Positions 36,413-46,681 of a stretch of DNA of 64,000 nt are shown piece by piece. Both the position numbers and the translations under genes were made by a program. The stretch comes from Chthoniobacterales bacterium (GTDB taxonomy: Bacteria > Verrucomicrobiota > Verrucomicrobiia > Chthoniobacterales > Chthoniobacteraceae): the NCBI GenBank assembly GCA_038207335.1, contig JBBQZX010000032.1, positions 1-64,000 of the forward strand. Reading direction: 5' to 3'. Within the stretch, counting starts at the first letter, position 1; every line of letters begins with the position of its first letter. The notes beneath the pieces are model-generated. The model worked only from the letters and a program-made list of their open reading frames with translations. It had not been told where the DNA came from and did not search any database.

Positions 36413-36559
36413 AATAGCCCAGCACTTCAGTGCTGGGGTCCGCGATCACCACGGTGGGCCAGTCCCCCGGGGACGACAGAATCTCACGAATGTCCTTCCG
36501 TCCCCTCCGAACTGGGTGCGTCGCTGGCGGAAGCCCCATCGCTGAAGCCCTGGGCAATT
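36413..36559. repeat. Degenerate REP/MITE-like nested inverted repeat
   Basis: AATAGCCCAGCACTTCAGTGCTGGG versus CCCATCGCTGAAGCCCTGGGCAATT (20/25 inverted match), plus inner GGGGACG/CGTCCCC arms. Confidence 0.65.
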
Positions 36560-37123
36560 TTCAGGACCGGGGGATTGTGACCCAACCCGAGAGCATCCAC
36601 CGAAAATCCAGGAACTCGATTTTCGACCGCGGATGGATGCGAAAGGACTGGATTGTATGGCGGGCGCTCCGCCTGCCCGTGGAGTGGGACGCCTCCCGCT
36701 CCGAGGCAAGCGATGCGCTCGTCCTACACCTCCGCCGAGAGGATGGAGAAATTTCACACAGCCTCTCAAAAAACTTCCGCTTGACAGGCACCTTCGCCAT
36801 CTCGCACAACCTCCGGCGCGAGAAGAGGCGGTATGTTGTTTCCCCACACATCATCTGGAAAGTGTGCAATGCCCGATGGCGTCGCGGATTCCAAGCGCCG
36901 CTATGCCAGCACCGGGACATCAGCCGGAAAAGATGACATCGGCACCGCCGGCAGCGGCGGAATCCGCAATCCGGCGGAATGCTGACGCAAGCCGAGACCT
37001 CACGGCTTTTCTCCGAAATCCAACCGCCGCAAGCCGAGCCCGCATCGCCGAAACTCGGACCGGCGTCGCTTATTCGCGAGACAACGCCGCCGAAACGGGC
37101 GCAATGATAATTAAGTTGAAAAT

Positions 37124-37675
37124 ATGACGCTATCATCTTTCATAATTCGTTCATGCATTCTTTTATCCCGTTTTACTCCAGTGCCGCTCTGGCCGATTCC
37201 GCAGAGTCAGAAGATCTGAACGATTTCCACTACGCACTCAGCGTTACTGTGATGGCCAAATACGGTGGGAGGGATTATAATATCGAGTCCGATTGCGCCC
37301 GGTGGTCATGGATGGATATACGCCACAGGCACCTCCCAAAGCGAGGGTGCGGAATTAGCATGGAAACCCGTGCCAAATAGTGCAGTCGATTGGATAATTA
37401 GCGAAACAGCCGTGTGCCGCTCTATGCTGCTCTTCAGTATTTACGTTAAGTGGTATGAGGGCGACTTGGGAATTACCCAATGTCAGAAGCCGACGCCTTC
37501 CGCATCAACTACATCTTCCCCTAGCATAAGTGGCCTGAACTTTAGTGGGTGGATGGATGACAATCAACCAGTGGCTATAGACCCGCGGGGATATTCTTCA
37601 TTTGGGTGGACTTCATGGGCGGCACCTTCGCAAGAAGAATTTTGGTTATCAGAAGGATTATACCAGAAGTTTTGA
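37124..37675 (+). pseudogene. Lower-GC hypothetical gene, possibly a frameshifted secreted protein
   Basis: Overlapping short ORFs (from 37124, 37153 and 37265) could join into one; visibly more AT-rich than the flanks. Confidence 0.3.
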
Positions 37676-37688
37676 TTCTCCCAGATCG

Positions 37689-38843
37689 ATGATTTGGAAG
37701 CGAGTGCTCGTTTTCGCCATTGGGTCCTTCTCGATCCTTGTGCTTTGGGTGGCAAGCGAGGTATATTCGCCGCCTTGCCGGTGGCCAGCGTCTGCTTTGC
37801 CTCCTCCCATCATAAACGGTCTATCCGCGACTGCGGACTTGGGCGTGCCCGACAAGGACTCTGAAAGCGCGGTGGCGCTGCGTTTGAGACAGACACTCCT
37901 CGATTTTGAGGGCGACAAGCTTTCCCAGCGGGAGGCAATTTTCAACAATCTCCTTTCTCGTTTAGAAGACCGCGATGCGTTCATCGATGCGGCGCTGGCG
38001 ATCCTGCGCGAAGGAGCGGATTTCTTGATGCAAGAGGATACGGAACTTCACGCGCATCTTCTGACCCGCCGCACTTTGCGCCTTGCATTGCTCAGTGTTT
38101 TGAGCGATTTCGACAAACCAGAGGCAAAAGCCGTCCTGCGGGAAGTGGCAGCGAATGGCGACGATGGATGTGAGGTGCTCATTTGCCTGAGGGGGCTTTC
38201 GAAAGATGATTTCATGGACACTCGCGCACTCGCGCTTTCCGCAGCGCAACGATTTGCATCGCGGGAGCAACTGGGCCGATTGAGGTATTTCGATCTTACC
38301 GGTGCCGATTTTCTCATCGAGTGCATGGGAGCCTTCAGCCTGCCGGAGTTGCTGCCGGAAGCCGAAACGTATCTTCGAGCGGACCAAGTCCGACTGCCCT
38401 TGGTGGCGGCCATTCGTTCTCTCTCTCCAGAGCTTCAGGAGAATTTTATACTTCGCGCGCTCGCGCCTCCAAATCGATACGATGACTGGTTTTTAAAGTT
38501 TAACGCGATGGGCCAGCTTGATTTGTCTTCTCTCGCTGTTCAAGACGCCGTCGTCGCGCTCTTTCCTTACTGTCCCTCCGATTCCATGAAGATTGGCTTT
38601 GTGGAGGCGATCACCACGCCGGTTCGCCTAGTTTTTCATCCGGGCCACTTTGAGCCACTGGAACTTTCGGGCGACCGCTCGGAACAGTTTCGGCGAGAGA
38701 TGGAGAATCGTGAAAAACTGTTGGAACGTCTCGAACGCGGCACTAACTCGCCTTATGTGGTTCATAAGCTGTCGAAATGCCGGCAGCTTCTCTCGAGTTG
38801 GACGCGCCTTGGCGAGGAGCGGCGCAGCTACAATCCGGATTAA
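37689..38843 (+). CDS. Hypothetical membrane-anchored helical protein, lower GC
   Basis: MIWKRVLVFAIGSFSILVLWVAS N-terminal TM segment; long ORF. Confidence 0.7.
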   Translation: MIWKRVLVFAIGSFSILVLWVASEVYSPPCRWPASALPPPIINGLSATADLGVPDKDSESAVALRLRQTLLDFEGDKLSQREAIFNNLLSRLEDRDAFIDAALAILREGADFLMQEDTELHAHLLTRRTLRLALLSVLSDFDKPEAKAVLREVAANGDDGCEVLICLRGLSKDDFMDTRALALSAAQRFASREQLGRLRYFDLTGADFLIECMGAFSLPELLPEAETYLRADQVRLPLVAAIRSLSPELQENFILRALAPPNRYDDWFLKFNAMGQLDLSSLAVQDAVVALFPYCPSDSMKIGFVEAITTPVRLVFHPGHFEPLELSGDRSEQFRREMENREKLLERLERGTNSPYVVHKLSKCRQLLSSWTRLGEERRSYNPD

Positions 38844-39013
38844 TTCGCAGAGTAGGAAGTAGGGTCAGGCGAAATTTCTTGACTGCGGCAAAGAATTTTC
38901 GCTGTCGGGAGTCTCCGGGCTTTCGCGAAAGCGATTTGCGTGTGTGAGGGGTCAAGCTTAAGAAGCTCGCTCGTTTGCTCGGGTGGGTGAGGATCGCGAA
39001 GGGGAGGCGTCCC

Positions 39014-40342
39014 TTATCTCACGTCACTCCACTTTTTCACTCCCACTACTTCGAGGTATGGCGCAAAGGCGGCCTCGCGCTCTGGCGTGTCGCAGGCGCG
39101 GAAGACTTCGTAGATCAGCTTCTTGCGGTCCGGCTTGGTCGTCCCCGGCACATTTTTCCAGAGCCCGAGCTGCAGGCCGCCCTCGTGCGGATGATCGACG
39201 TGGCGGTGCAGGATGTACGCGTCGATGCCCTCCAGGCGCTGCAATTTGACCCATGTGTAGCAGAAGCCCGCTGCCTGCCACGCCTCGCCTTCCGGGCAAT
39301 CGGGAGTGTTGAAGCCCTGCTCTGAGAGGATGATCCGGCGCTGCTTGCCGTTGAAGAGCATCTCGGGGCGCTTCATGTAGGCGGGCAGCACTTCGAGGTT
39401 TCGGGGCGTGATCATCGCCGTCTCCGCATCGTCGCGCACGGACCGGTCGAGCCACGCGCGCGGGTCGCGGATATTCTCGGGGTATGGGTGAAAGGCGAGG
39501 CTCCAGTCGTAGTCGCCGCCCGCCCGCGCCCGGCGTGCGAAGGCGTCCAGAACGATACGCGACGGTGCCGACCGCAGCGGCTCGACGAATGCCGCAGTCA
39601 TCCACTGCCGATCCAGCGAAAGATAAACCCGCGCGTGAGTCGAAGCCTTGCGCACCGCCGCGTGGGCCAGCCGCACGGCGCGCTCGTAATTTTCCACCAG
39701 CGCCTCCACGCCCACGTCCCCCATGTCGTACCACGCAAAGTGCGAATCGACCTCATTCCCGATGATGTAACCCGTCACCCGACCGTGGCTCGCGTCGTTC
39801 GCCGAGTATCGATCCGCGATGAATTCCATCAGCGCGCGAAACCACGCCGCGCCCTCCGCGTCGCCCACGTTGAACGCATCGATCGGGCTCGCCGAAATCG
39901 CGCGTGACGCCGATGGGCGCATGATCGCCGACACCGCGGGGTCCTTGGAGCGGTAGTTCAAAATGATGAGCGCGACTTGAATCCCCGCGTCGCTCAGCGG
40001 CTTGATCTCCCGGTCGTGCGCCTCCACCGCGTCGCGCCGGAAGTGAAACGTCCTGCCATCCATCTCCCACGGCACGCTGTCCGGCGCGCCCGCCGGGTCG
40101 ATCATCCGTGCGATGTCGATGTTGAGCGTCGCCCGCTTCACCCCGAGCGCGATCGCGTCCGCGGTGATCTGCACCTGCAAGCCTTTCATGCTCGCCGCCT
40201 CCGGGATGGGGTCGTTGTTTTTTGAAAGGAATGAGCCTGCCTGCGCGGTCGCGCCGCTCGCGGAGACGACGAGCGCGATGGCTGCGAAGCTAGATTTCAA
40301 GCGGGCGGAGAGGCGGAGGCGTTGCATCGGGGTCGAATCCAC
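39014..40342 (-). CDS. DUF5722-like secreted glycoside hydrolase-fold protein
   Basis: SMKGLQV, IIGNEVD acid/base, AFHPYP, ILSEQG nucleophile. Confidence 0.8.
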   Translation of the reverse strand: MDSTPMQRLRLSARLKSSFAAIALVVSASGATAQAGSFLSKNNDPIPEAASMKGLQVQITADAIALGVKRATLNIDIARMIDPAGAPDSVPWEMDGRTFHFRRDAVEAHDREIKPLSDAGIQVALIILNYRSKDPAVSAIMRPSASRAISASPIDAFNVGDAEGAAWFRALMEFIADRYSANDASHGRVTGYIIGNEVDSHFAWYDMGDVGVEALVENYERAVRLAHAAVRKASTHARVYLSLDRQWMTAAFVEPLRSAPSRIVLDAFARRARAGGDYDWSLAFHPYPENIRDPRAWLDRSVRDDAETAMITPRNLEVLPAYMKRPEMLFNGKQRRIILSEQGFNTPDCPEGEAWQAAGFCYTWVKLQRLEGIDAYILHRHVDHPHEGGLQLGLWKNVPGTTKPDRKKLIYEVFRACDTPEREAAFAPYLEVVGVKKWSDVR

Positions 40343-40389
40343 AAGTAGGCTGTCACCGCATCCGTCCGCAAGAAACCTTTCCTTTTTCC

Positions 40390-43300
40390 GTGACCGAAAA
40401 TCCCACTGCCTCCGCGCCCGACCCGCTGGTCGGGATGTTCAAAAACCCGCCCGCTGTATTTCGCGGAAAGCCTTTCTGGAGTTGGAATGGCGCGCTCGAT
40501 TCCGATGAGCTTCGCCGACAGGCGCGCGTCTTTTCGGACATGGGAATGGGCGGCTTTTTCATGCACAGTCGCACCGGCCTGAAGACCGAATATCTCGGCG
40601 ACGAATGGTTCGAGTGCATCAACGCCTGCGCCGACGAAGCCGCGCAGCTCGGCCTCGAGCCGTGGCTCTACGACGAGGACCGCTGGCCCAGCGGCTCTGC
40701 TGGTGGACTCGCTACAGCCGACCCGCGTTTTCGGATGAAAGTCCTGCGCCTCCGCATCCTCGACGCCGCGGATTTCACCTGGCCCGCCGATGTTGTCGCC
40801 GTCTTTATCGCGCGCCTCGACGCCGTCGCATTCACCGACTCCGCGCGCCTCCAGCCCGGCGAGGCTGTGCCCGACGACGGTCGCAGCGTCCTGCTTTTCA
40901 CCATCGAGGCATGGGCCGGCCACAGCTTTTACAACGGCCAGACCTACCTCGACACGCTCAGCCGCGAAGCCACCGATCACTTCCTCAAAATCACGCACGA
41001 GCGATATGCCGAGCGGTGCGGCGATCGGCTTGGCAGCTTGATCCGCGGCATTTTCACCGACGAGCCGCACCACGGCACGGTCATGTGCGAGAACAACGAA
41101 AACCGCGCGATGACCGATCAGCGCTGGACCACGCCGTGGACGGAAAAGCTGTGGGCAGAGTTTGAAAAAGCGTGGGGCTACGACCTCCGCGCGCATCTGC
41201 CGGAACTCTTTCTTTTCCCCGCCGCCCGCCGCATCTCGCGCGTGAAGTGGCAATACATGGAACTGCTCCAACGGATGTTCCTAGAGCACTGGGCCGCGCC
41301 GCTGCACGACTGGTGCCGCGCGCATTCGCTCCAGCTCACCGGGCACATTTTGCACGAGGATTCGCTCGTCGCTCAGGCCGTCCCCGGCGGCTCCGCGATG
41401 CGCTACTACGAGCACCTCGATGTCCCCGGCGTCGATGTTCTCGCGCTGCACAACCGCAACTTTTGGATCGTCAAACAGCTCGCCTCCGCCGCGCGCCAGC
41501 TCGGCAAAAAGTGGCTCCTCAGCGAGCTCTACGGCTGCACCGGCTGGCAGCTCGACTTCGCCGGGCACAAGCGCATCGGCGCATGGCAGGCGCTCCTCGG
41601 CATCAACGTCCGCTGCCACCACCTCGCATGGGCCACCATGCAGGGAGAGGCCAAGCGCGACTACCCCGCGAGCATCGGATTCCAGTCCGCGTGGAGCGGG
41701 AAATATCGCATCGTCGAGGACTACTTCGCGCGCCTCCACATCCTGCTCCAGCGCGGCTCGCCGGTCTGCGACATCCTCGTCCTAAATCCCGTCGAAACGA
41801 TGTGGGCGCAAATCCATCCCGGCTGGGCGCAGTGGCTCGGCGCGCTCGATCCGCACCTCGAAAACCTCGAGCAAATCTACCGCGACATCTTCACCTGGCT
41901 CACCTCCGCGCAGCTCGATTTCGACTACGGGGATGAAGATCACCTCGCGCGTTTCGCTCGCATCGAGCGGCGACAGGACGGCTCGCTGCTCCACGTCGGC
42001 CACGCGAAATATCGCGCCGTCATCGTCGCCGGAGCCGAGACGATTCGCGGCACCACGCTCGATCTCCTTGGCGAATTTCACGCCGCGGGCGGCACGCTCA
42101 TCTTCGCCGGAAAACCGCCCGCGCACATCGACGCCATCGCCTCCGAATCAGCCACCTCGCTTGCCTCCCACGCCATCGCCATTCCGCTCGACGAGTCCGC
42201 CGTCATCCGCGCTGCGCGCAAAAGCAACGCCTCTCCGCTGCTCATCGCGCCCTCCGAATCGGGCAGCCCTCGCGAACTCCTCGCGCAGCTTCGCCGCGAC
42301 TGCGACACGCTCATCCTCGCTCTCCTCAACACCTCCGAAACTACCGCGCAAACCGGCCTCCGCATCCGCCTCGCCGACACCTCTGGCGCGGTTGAAGAGT
42401 GGGATTGCGCGACTGGCGAACGCTTCCTCCAACCCGCCGAATCCACCGGCGAAGCACTTGAATGGCGCACCGATCTCCCGCCACTCGGCGAGCGGCTCTT
42501 CCTCATCCGACCCGCTTCCAGCCTTGATCCGCGGCCTGAGGATTCGCTGGTCGGATGGTATTTTTGCTCAAGCGAGAGGCCTGAGCTACCGGAGCAAACG
42601 CGATTCGAGGGGCCATTCGCTTGCGAGCTGCTTGGGCCTTTCCATTACGAACTCGATGAGCCGAACATTTGCGTGCTCGATTTCGCCGAATACCAGCTCG
42701 GCGACGGCGACTGGCGACCCGCCGAGGAAATCCTGAAACTCGACGAAATCGTCCGTGCCGAGCTCGGCTTCGAGCAGCGCGGCGGCACCATGCTCCAGCC
42801 TTGGGCTCGCCCGCCCGCCGACCCCGCCGCCGGCGTCCCGCTACGCCTCCGGTGCCGCTTTCACATCGCGCACCTCCCGCCCGCAGACACCGAGCTGCTC
42901 ATGGAAACTCCGCACCTTTTCCAAGCCAGCCTGAACGCCTGCGAAGTGGCTCCAGCACAGGATCCCGCGTGGTTCATCGATCCGTGCTTCAAGCGCATCC
43001 CGCTCCCGCCCGGCGCGCTGCGCGTTGGCGAAAACGAGCTCATCCTTTCCCTTACCTTCACCCCCGAAACCGACCTCGAAGCCATCTACCTCATCGGCAA
43101 TTTCGGCGTCTCCCTCGCCACCGAAATCCCCAACCTCACCGCGCTCCCCGACCTCCTCCAGCCCACCTGCATCACCACCCAGGGCCTTCCATTTTACAGC
43201 GGCAAAATCACCTACCGCCTCCCGCTCCCGGCCGCCGCCCACACCCTCGACCTCGGCGCCTTCGGCGGCGCAGTTGCCCAGCTCCGCGCCCCCGCCGAAC

Positions 43301-43542
43301 CCGACGGACCCATCATCGCCTGGCCTCCCTTCGCCGCCGAAATCCCCGCCGCCGCCCGCGCCGCCGGCCTTGTCCTCTGCGACATCTGGCTCACCCGCCG
43401 CAACACCTTCGGCCCCCTCCACCTCACCCCGCTCGACCAGCCCTTCATCGGTCCCCAGAGCTTCCGCTCTACCGGCTCCGCCTTCTCCCGTCCCCCCATC
43501 CTTCACCCCGCCGGCATTTTACAAGCACCCACTGCGTCGTAG
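40390..43542 (+). CDS. Glycoside hydrolase, GH106 (alpha-L-rhamnosidase)-like
   Basis: PFWSWNG, GGFFMHSRTGL, WLYDEDRWPSG, GIFTDEP, PGVD, KRDYP. Confidence 0.85.
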   Translation: MTENPTASAPDPLVGMFKNPPAVFRGKPFWSWNGALDSDELRRQARVFSDMGMGGFFMHSRTGLKTEYLGDEWFECINACADEAAQLGLEPWLYDEDRWPSGSAGGLATADPRFRMKVLRLRILDAADFTWPADVVAVFIARLDAVAFTDSARLQPGEAVPDDGRSVLLFTIEAWAGHSFYNGQTYLDTLSREATDHFLKITHERYAERCGDRLGSLIRGIFTDEPHHGTVMCENNENRAMTDQRWTTPWTEKLWAEFEKAWGYDLRAHLPELFLFPAARRISRVKWQYMELLQRMFLEHWAAPLHDWCRAHSLQLTGHILHEDSLVAQAVPGGSAMRYYEHLDVPGVDVLALHNRNFWIVKQLASAARQLGKKWLLSELYGCTGWQLDFAGHKRIGAWQALLGINVRCHHLAWATMQGEAKRDYPASIGFQSAWSGKYRIVEDYFARLHILLQRGSPVCDILVLNPVETMWAQIHPGWAQWLGALDPHLENLEQIYRDIFTWLTSAQLDFDYGDEDHLARFARIERRQDGSLLHVGHAKYRAVIVAGAETIRGTTLDLLGEFHAAGGTLIFAGKPPAHIDAIASESATSLASHAIAIPLDESAVIRAARKSNASPLLIAPSESGSPRELLAQLRRDCDTLILALLNTSETTAQTGLRIRLADTSGAVEEWDCATGERFLQPAESTGEALEWRTDLPPLGERLFLIRPASSLDPRPEDSLVGWYFCSSERPELPEQTRFEGPFACELLGPFHYELDEPNICVLDFAEYQLGDGDWRPAEEILKLDEIVRAELGFEQRGGTMLQPWARPPADPAAGVPLRLRCRFHIAHLPPADTELLMETPHLFQASLNACEVAPAQDPAWFIDPCFKRIPLPPGALRVGENELILSLTFTPETDLEAIYLIGNFGVSLATEIPNLTALPDLLQPTCITTQGLPFYSGKITYRLPLPAAAHTLDLGAFGGAVAQLRAPAEPDGPIIAWPPFAAEIPAAARAAGLVLCDIWLTRRNTFGPLHLTPLDQPFIGPQSFRSTGSAFSRPPILHPAGILQAPTAS

Positions 43543-43618
43543 CTGGGATCTGTGATTCCTCCAGTGGCTCACCTCACCGGCAGAATCCATCCCGGCCAAA
43601 ATCCAGTTGCCCATTCCC

Positions 43619-44803
43619 TCACGTCTCGCGCAGTGCGGCCGCGATGGGCAGGCGCGCCGCGCGGATCGCTGGGAAGATGCCGCCGAAAAGGCCGAGAGCG
43701 GTGGCGACGCCGATGGCGGTGAGCAGCAGCATCGGCGTCACGGCGAAGGCGAAGGTGACCTGGCTGAATGTCTGCCAGTTGATCGTCGAGGCCTGATAGC
43801 CGTCGAAGGCCAGCCACGCGCCCGTCGCGCCGAGCGCGCCGCCGAGCAGCGCGATGACCACGGATTCCGCGAGGACCGACGTGACGATCGGCCCTGCGCC
43901 GAAGCCGAGCGCGCGCAGCGTGGCGATCTCGCGAGTGCGCGCAGAGACGGCGCCATACATCGTGTTCAGTGCGGCGAAGAGCGCGCCGATCGCCATCATC
44001 ACCGCGATGGAAACGCCGATGGTCGTGATGAATTTGCTGACCATCTCCGACTGCTCCGCGAAGAATTCGTCGAGCGTGACGACCTTCACTTTCAACTGCG
44101 GATTCGTCGTCAGCGCGTCTTTGAACTGCGTGAACGATGCCGGGCTGTTGAGCCGCGCATAGACGGATTGGTAGCCGGTGCGGTTGTAGGCGGGCATGAG
44201 CACATCGGCGTCGCTCCAGAGTTCTGATTCCGCCGAGCCGCCGCCAGCGGTGAAGATGCCGACGATTTTCCAGCGGTTCGCGCCGAGTTGGACTTCGCCG
44301 CCGAGATCGAGCCCCGCAAATGCCCGCGCCGCGCCCGCGCCGACGATGATCTCGTTTTTACCCGGCTCGAATTTCCGACCCTGCACGAGGCGGATGCTGC
44401 CGCGCACATCGAATCCGGCCGCGCTGACGCCGCGCATGGGGACGTTTGCATCGGTGCCCGTGGAGCGCTTCGGCAGCGTGATGACGACGAAAAGTTCCGG
44501 CGACGCGAGCGGCCCGGCAGCGCCGCGCGCGAGGCCCGGCGCGTCGGTGACGACTCGCGTGTCCTCGCGTGTGAGGCCGCTGTTCATCTCGTTGTCCGCG
44601 CCCGCGCGCAGCACGATTGCGATGTCTTTTGATCCCGAGGAATTGAGCGCGCGCTGAAATCCCGCGGCGATTGCCAGCACGCCGACGAGCACGAGCACGA
44701 CGCCCGCGATGCCGACTGCTGCGGTGAGCGCCGAGCCTTTGCGCTCGGGGATCGTGCGCAGGTTGTAGAGCACGACGGCGAAGATTTGCGAAAGCCAGTT
44801 CAT
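43619..44803 (-). CDS. ABC exporter permease (MacB/FtsX family)
   Basis: RTREIATLRALGF, PAIRAARL. Confidence 0.92.
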   Translation of the reverse strand: MNWLSQIFAVVLYNLRTIPERKGSALTAAVGIAGVVLVLVGVLAIAAGFQRALNSSGSKDIAIVLRAGADNEMNSGLTREDTRVVTDAPGLARGAAGPLASPELFVVITLPKRSTGTDANVPMRGVSAAGFDVRGSIRLVQGRKFEPGKNEIIVGAGAARAFAGLDLGGEVQLGANRWKIVGIFTAGGGSAESELWSDADVLMPAYNRTGYQSVYARLNSPASFTQFKDALTTNPQLKVKVVTLDEFFAEQSEMVSKFITTIGVSIAVMMAIGALFAALNTMYGAVSARTREIATLRALGFGAGPIVTSVLAESVVIALLGGALGATGAWLAFDGYQASTINWQTFSQVTFAFAVTPMLLLTAIGVATALGLFGGIFPAIRAARLPIAAALRET

Positions 44804-44822
44804 GAAAGCTGGGAGAAAAATT

Positions 44823-45992
44823 TCAACCGAGTCTGCGTAACGCTACGGCGATCTGCAGGCGCATCGCGGAGAATGCGGGAATGGTTCCGGCGACAAGCCC
44901 GAGCAAGACAGCGAAGACGACACCGAGCGCGAGATCGCGGTGCGGGATGACGAAGATCGGGAGCATCTGCGGGACGGGACTTCCGCCGAGCGTGATGACC
45001 CACGCGAGCAGCAGGCCGGCCAAGCCTCCGAGCATCGCGATGACGCACGACTCGATCAGCACGAGCGTGAGCACGAGGCCGTTCGGGTAGCCCATCGCTT
45101 TGAGCACGCCGATCTCCTCGGTGCGCTCGCGCACGGACTGGCTCATCGTATTCCCCGCGACGAGCAGGATCGTGAAAAAAACTGCGCTCACGACGCCCGA
45201 GACAATCGCGCCGATATCGCCGATCTGCGACGCAAAGCCTGCGGCAAAAGCGCCCTCGGCCTCGGCCTTCGTTTCAAACGGCGAGTTGGCAAACTCCGCG
45301 TCGATGCGCTCGGCGACATCGGTCACTTGCGCGGCATCTTTCACCCGAACGCCGAACCACCCGACCGTCCCTTTGCGTTCCTGACGCGCCTCCTCGAAGT
45401 AGTCGTATCGGAAAAACAGCGATGAGTCGTCGCCGCCCTTTTTGGCTGCGGTGTAGATGCCGACGATCTCGAATTCCCACTGCGTCTGACCTGCTGGCTG
45501 GCCCCAGATCGGCGAAGTGAAAGGAACGCGCCCGCCGATTTTCCATCCCTCCTTTTTCGCCATCCGATCGAATGTCGCCTTGCCGACCACCGCACCCGTC
45601 CGCGTCTGTTTCCACTTGGCCATCACGTCGGGCGCGATGACATTTTCGGGATAGACGTTCACAAAGCTGTCCGGATCGACGGGGAACGTCCCGATGAAGT
45701 CTTTCGGGTCTTTGTAAATGCCGCCAAACCATGTCTGAGCGGACACCGCATCGACGCCGGGGATCGCTGCGATGCGTGCTTCGTAGCTCTCCGGCAGCGG
45801 TTGGATAAGAGAGACTTTGTGCCGCACGATGAGCCGGTCCGCGCCCGCCATGCTGACGCCCGCGAGGAACGACGCCTTCATCGCGCAGAGAAATCCGAAC
45901 AGCAAAAACGCGACGAAAATCGAGAGCAGCGTGAGCGATGTCCGCAGCTTCTTGCGCTTCAGATTGCTGAAGACGAGCGCGAGGAATTTCAT
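44823..45992 (-). CDS. ABC exporter permease (MacB/FtsX family)
   Basis: MKFLALVFSNLKRKKLRT start; ERTEEIGVLKAMGY. Confidence 0.92.
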   Translation of the reverse strand: MKFLALVFSNLKRKKLRTSLTLLSIFVAFLLFGFLCAMKASFLAGVSMAGADRLIVRHKVSLIQPLPESYEARIAAIPGVDAVSAQTWFGGIYKDPKDFIGTFPVDPDSFVNVYPENVIAPDVMAKWKQTRTGAVVGKATFDRMAKKEGWKIGGRVPFTSPIWGQPAGQTQWEFEIVGIYTAAKKGGDDSSLFFRYDYFEEARQERKGTVGWFGVRVKDAAQVTDVAERIDAEFANSPFETKAEAEGAFAAGFASQIGDIGAIVSGVVSAVFFTILLVAGNTMSQSVRERTEEIGVLKAMGYPNGLVLTLVLIESCVIAMLGGLAGLLLAWVITLGGSPVPQMLPIFVIPHRDLALGVVFAVLLGLVAGTIPAFSAMRLQIAVALRRLG

Positions 45993-46681
45993 GCGGGCGT
46001 TTCGGTCGAGAGCTGGCCTTTGTCGAGGTGGACGGTATGGCTCGCGCGTGCGGAGGCGTGCGGGTCGTGCGTGACCATCACGATCGTCTTGCCGTGCTCG
46101 CGATTTAGCGCTTGGAGGAGGCTGAGAATCTCGTCGCCGGATTTGCGATCGAGGTCGCCGGTCGGTTCGTCGCAGAGCAGCAAAGTCGGGTCGGTGACGA
46201 TGGCGCGCGCGATGCCGACGCGCTGCTGCTCGCCGCCGGAAAGCGTTCGCGGATAATGCGTGAGCCGGTGCGAAAGCCCGACGACTGCGAGCGCGGTCTC
46301 GACGTGTTTCTTGCGTTCGCTCTTCGACAAATGCGTGAGCAAAAGCGGCAACTCGACATTCCGCGCGGCATTGAGCGCGGGCATGAGATTGTAGAATTGA
46401 AACACGAAGCCGACGTGCCGCGCGCGCCACGCCGCGAGCTGGCGATCGGAGAGCGAGTCGATGCGATCTTCTCCGATCTGCACGCTGCCTTTATCCGGCC
46501 GGTCGAGACCGCCGATGAGATTGAGCAGCGTCGATTTTCCTGAGCCGGACGGGCCCATGAGTGCGAGGAAATCGCCTGATTGCACCTCGAGATCCAGCCC
46601 GGAGAGGACGTGGATTTCCTCGGAGCCGCGGCGGAAAAAGCGGCTCACGTTTTTGATCTGGATCAGCGCGGCGTTGCTCAT
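45989..46681 (-). CDS. ABC transporter ATP-binding protein (LolD/MacB type)
   Basis: GPSGSGKST, LSGGEQQR, DEPTG, VTHD. Confidence 0.95.
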   Translation of the reverse strand: MSNAALIQIKNVSRFFRRGSEEIHVLSGLDLEVQSGDFLALMGPSGSGKSTLLNLIGGLDRPDKGSVQIGEDRIDSLSDRQLAAWRARHVGFVFQFYNLMPALNAARNVELPLLLTHLSKSERKKHVETALAVVGLSHRLTHYPRTLSGGEQQRVGIARAIVTDPTLLLCDEPTGDLDRKSGDEILSLLQALNREHGKTIVMVTHDPHASARASHTVHLDKGQLSTETPA

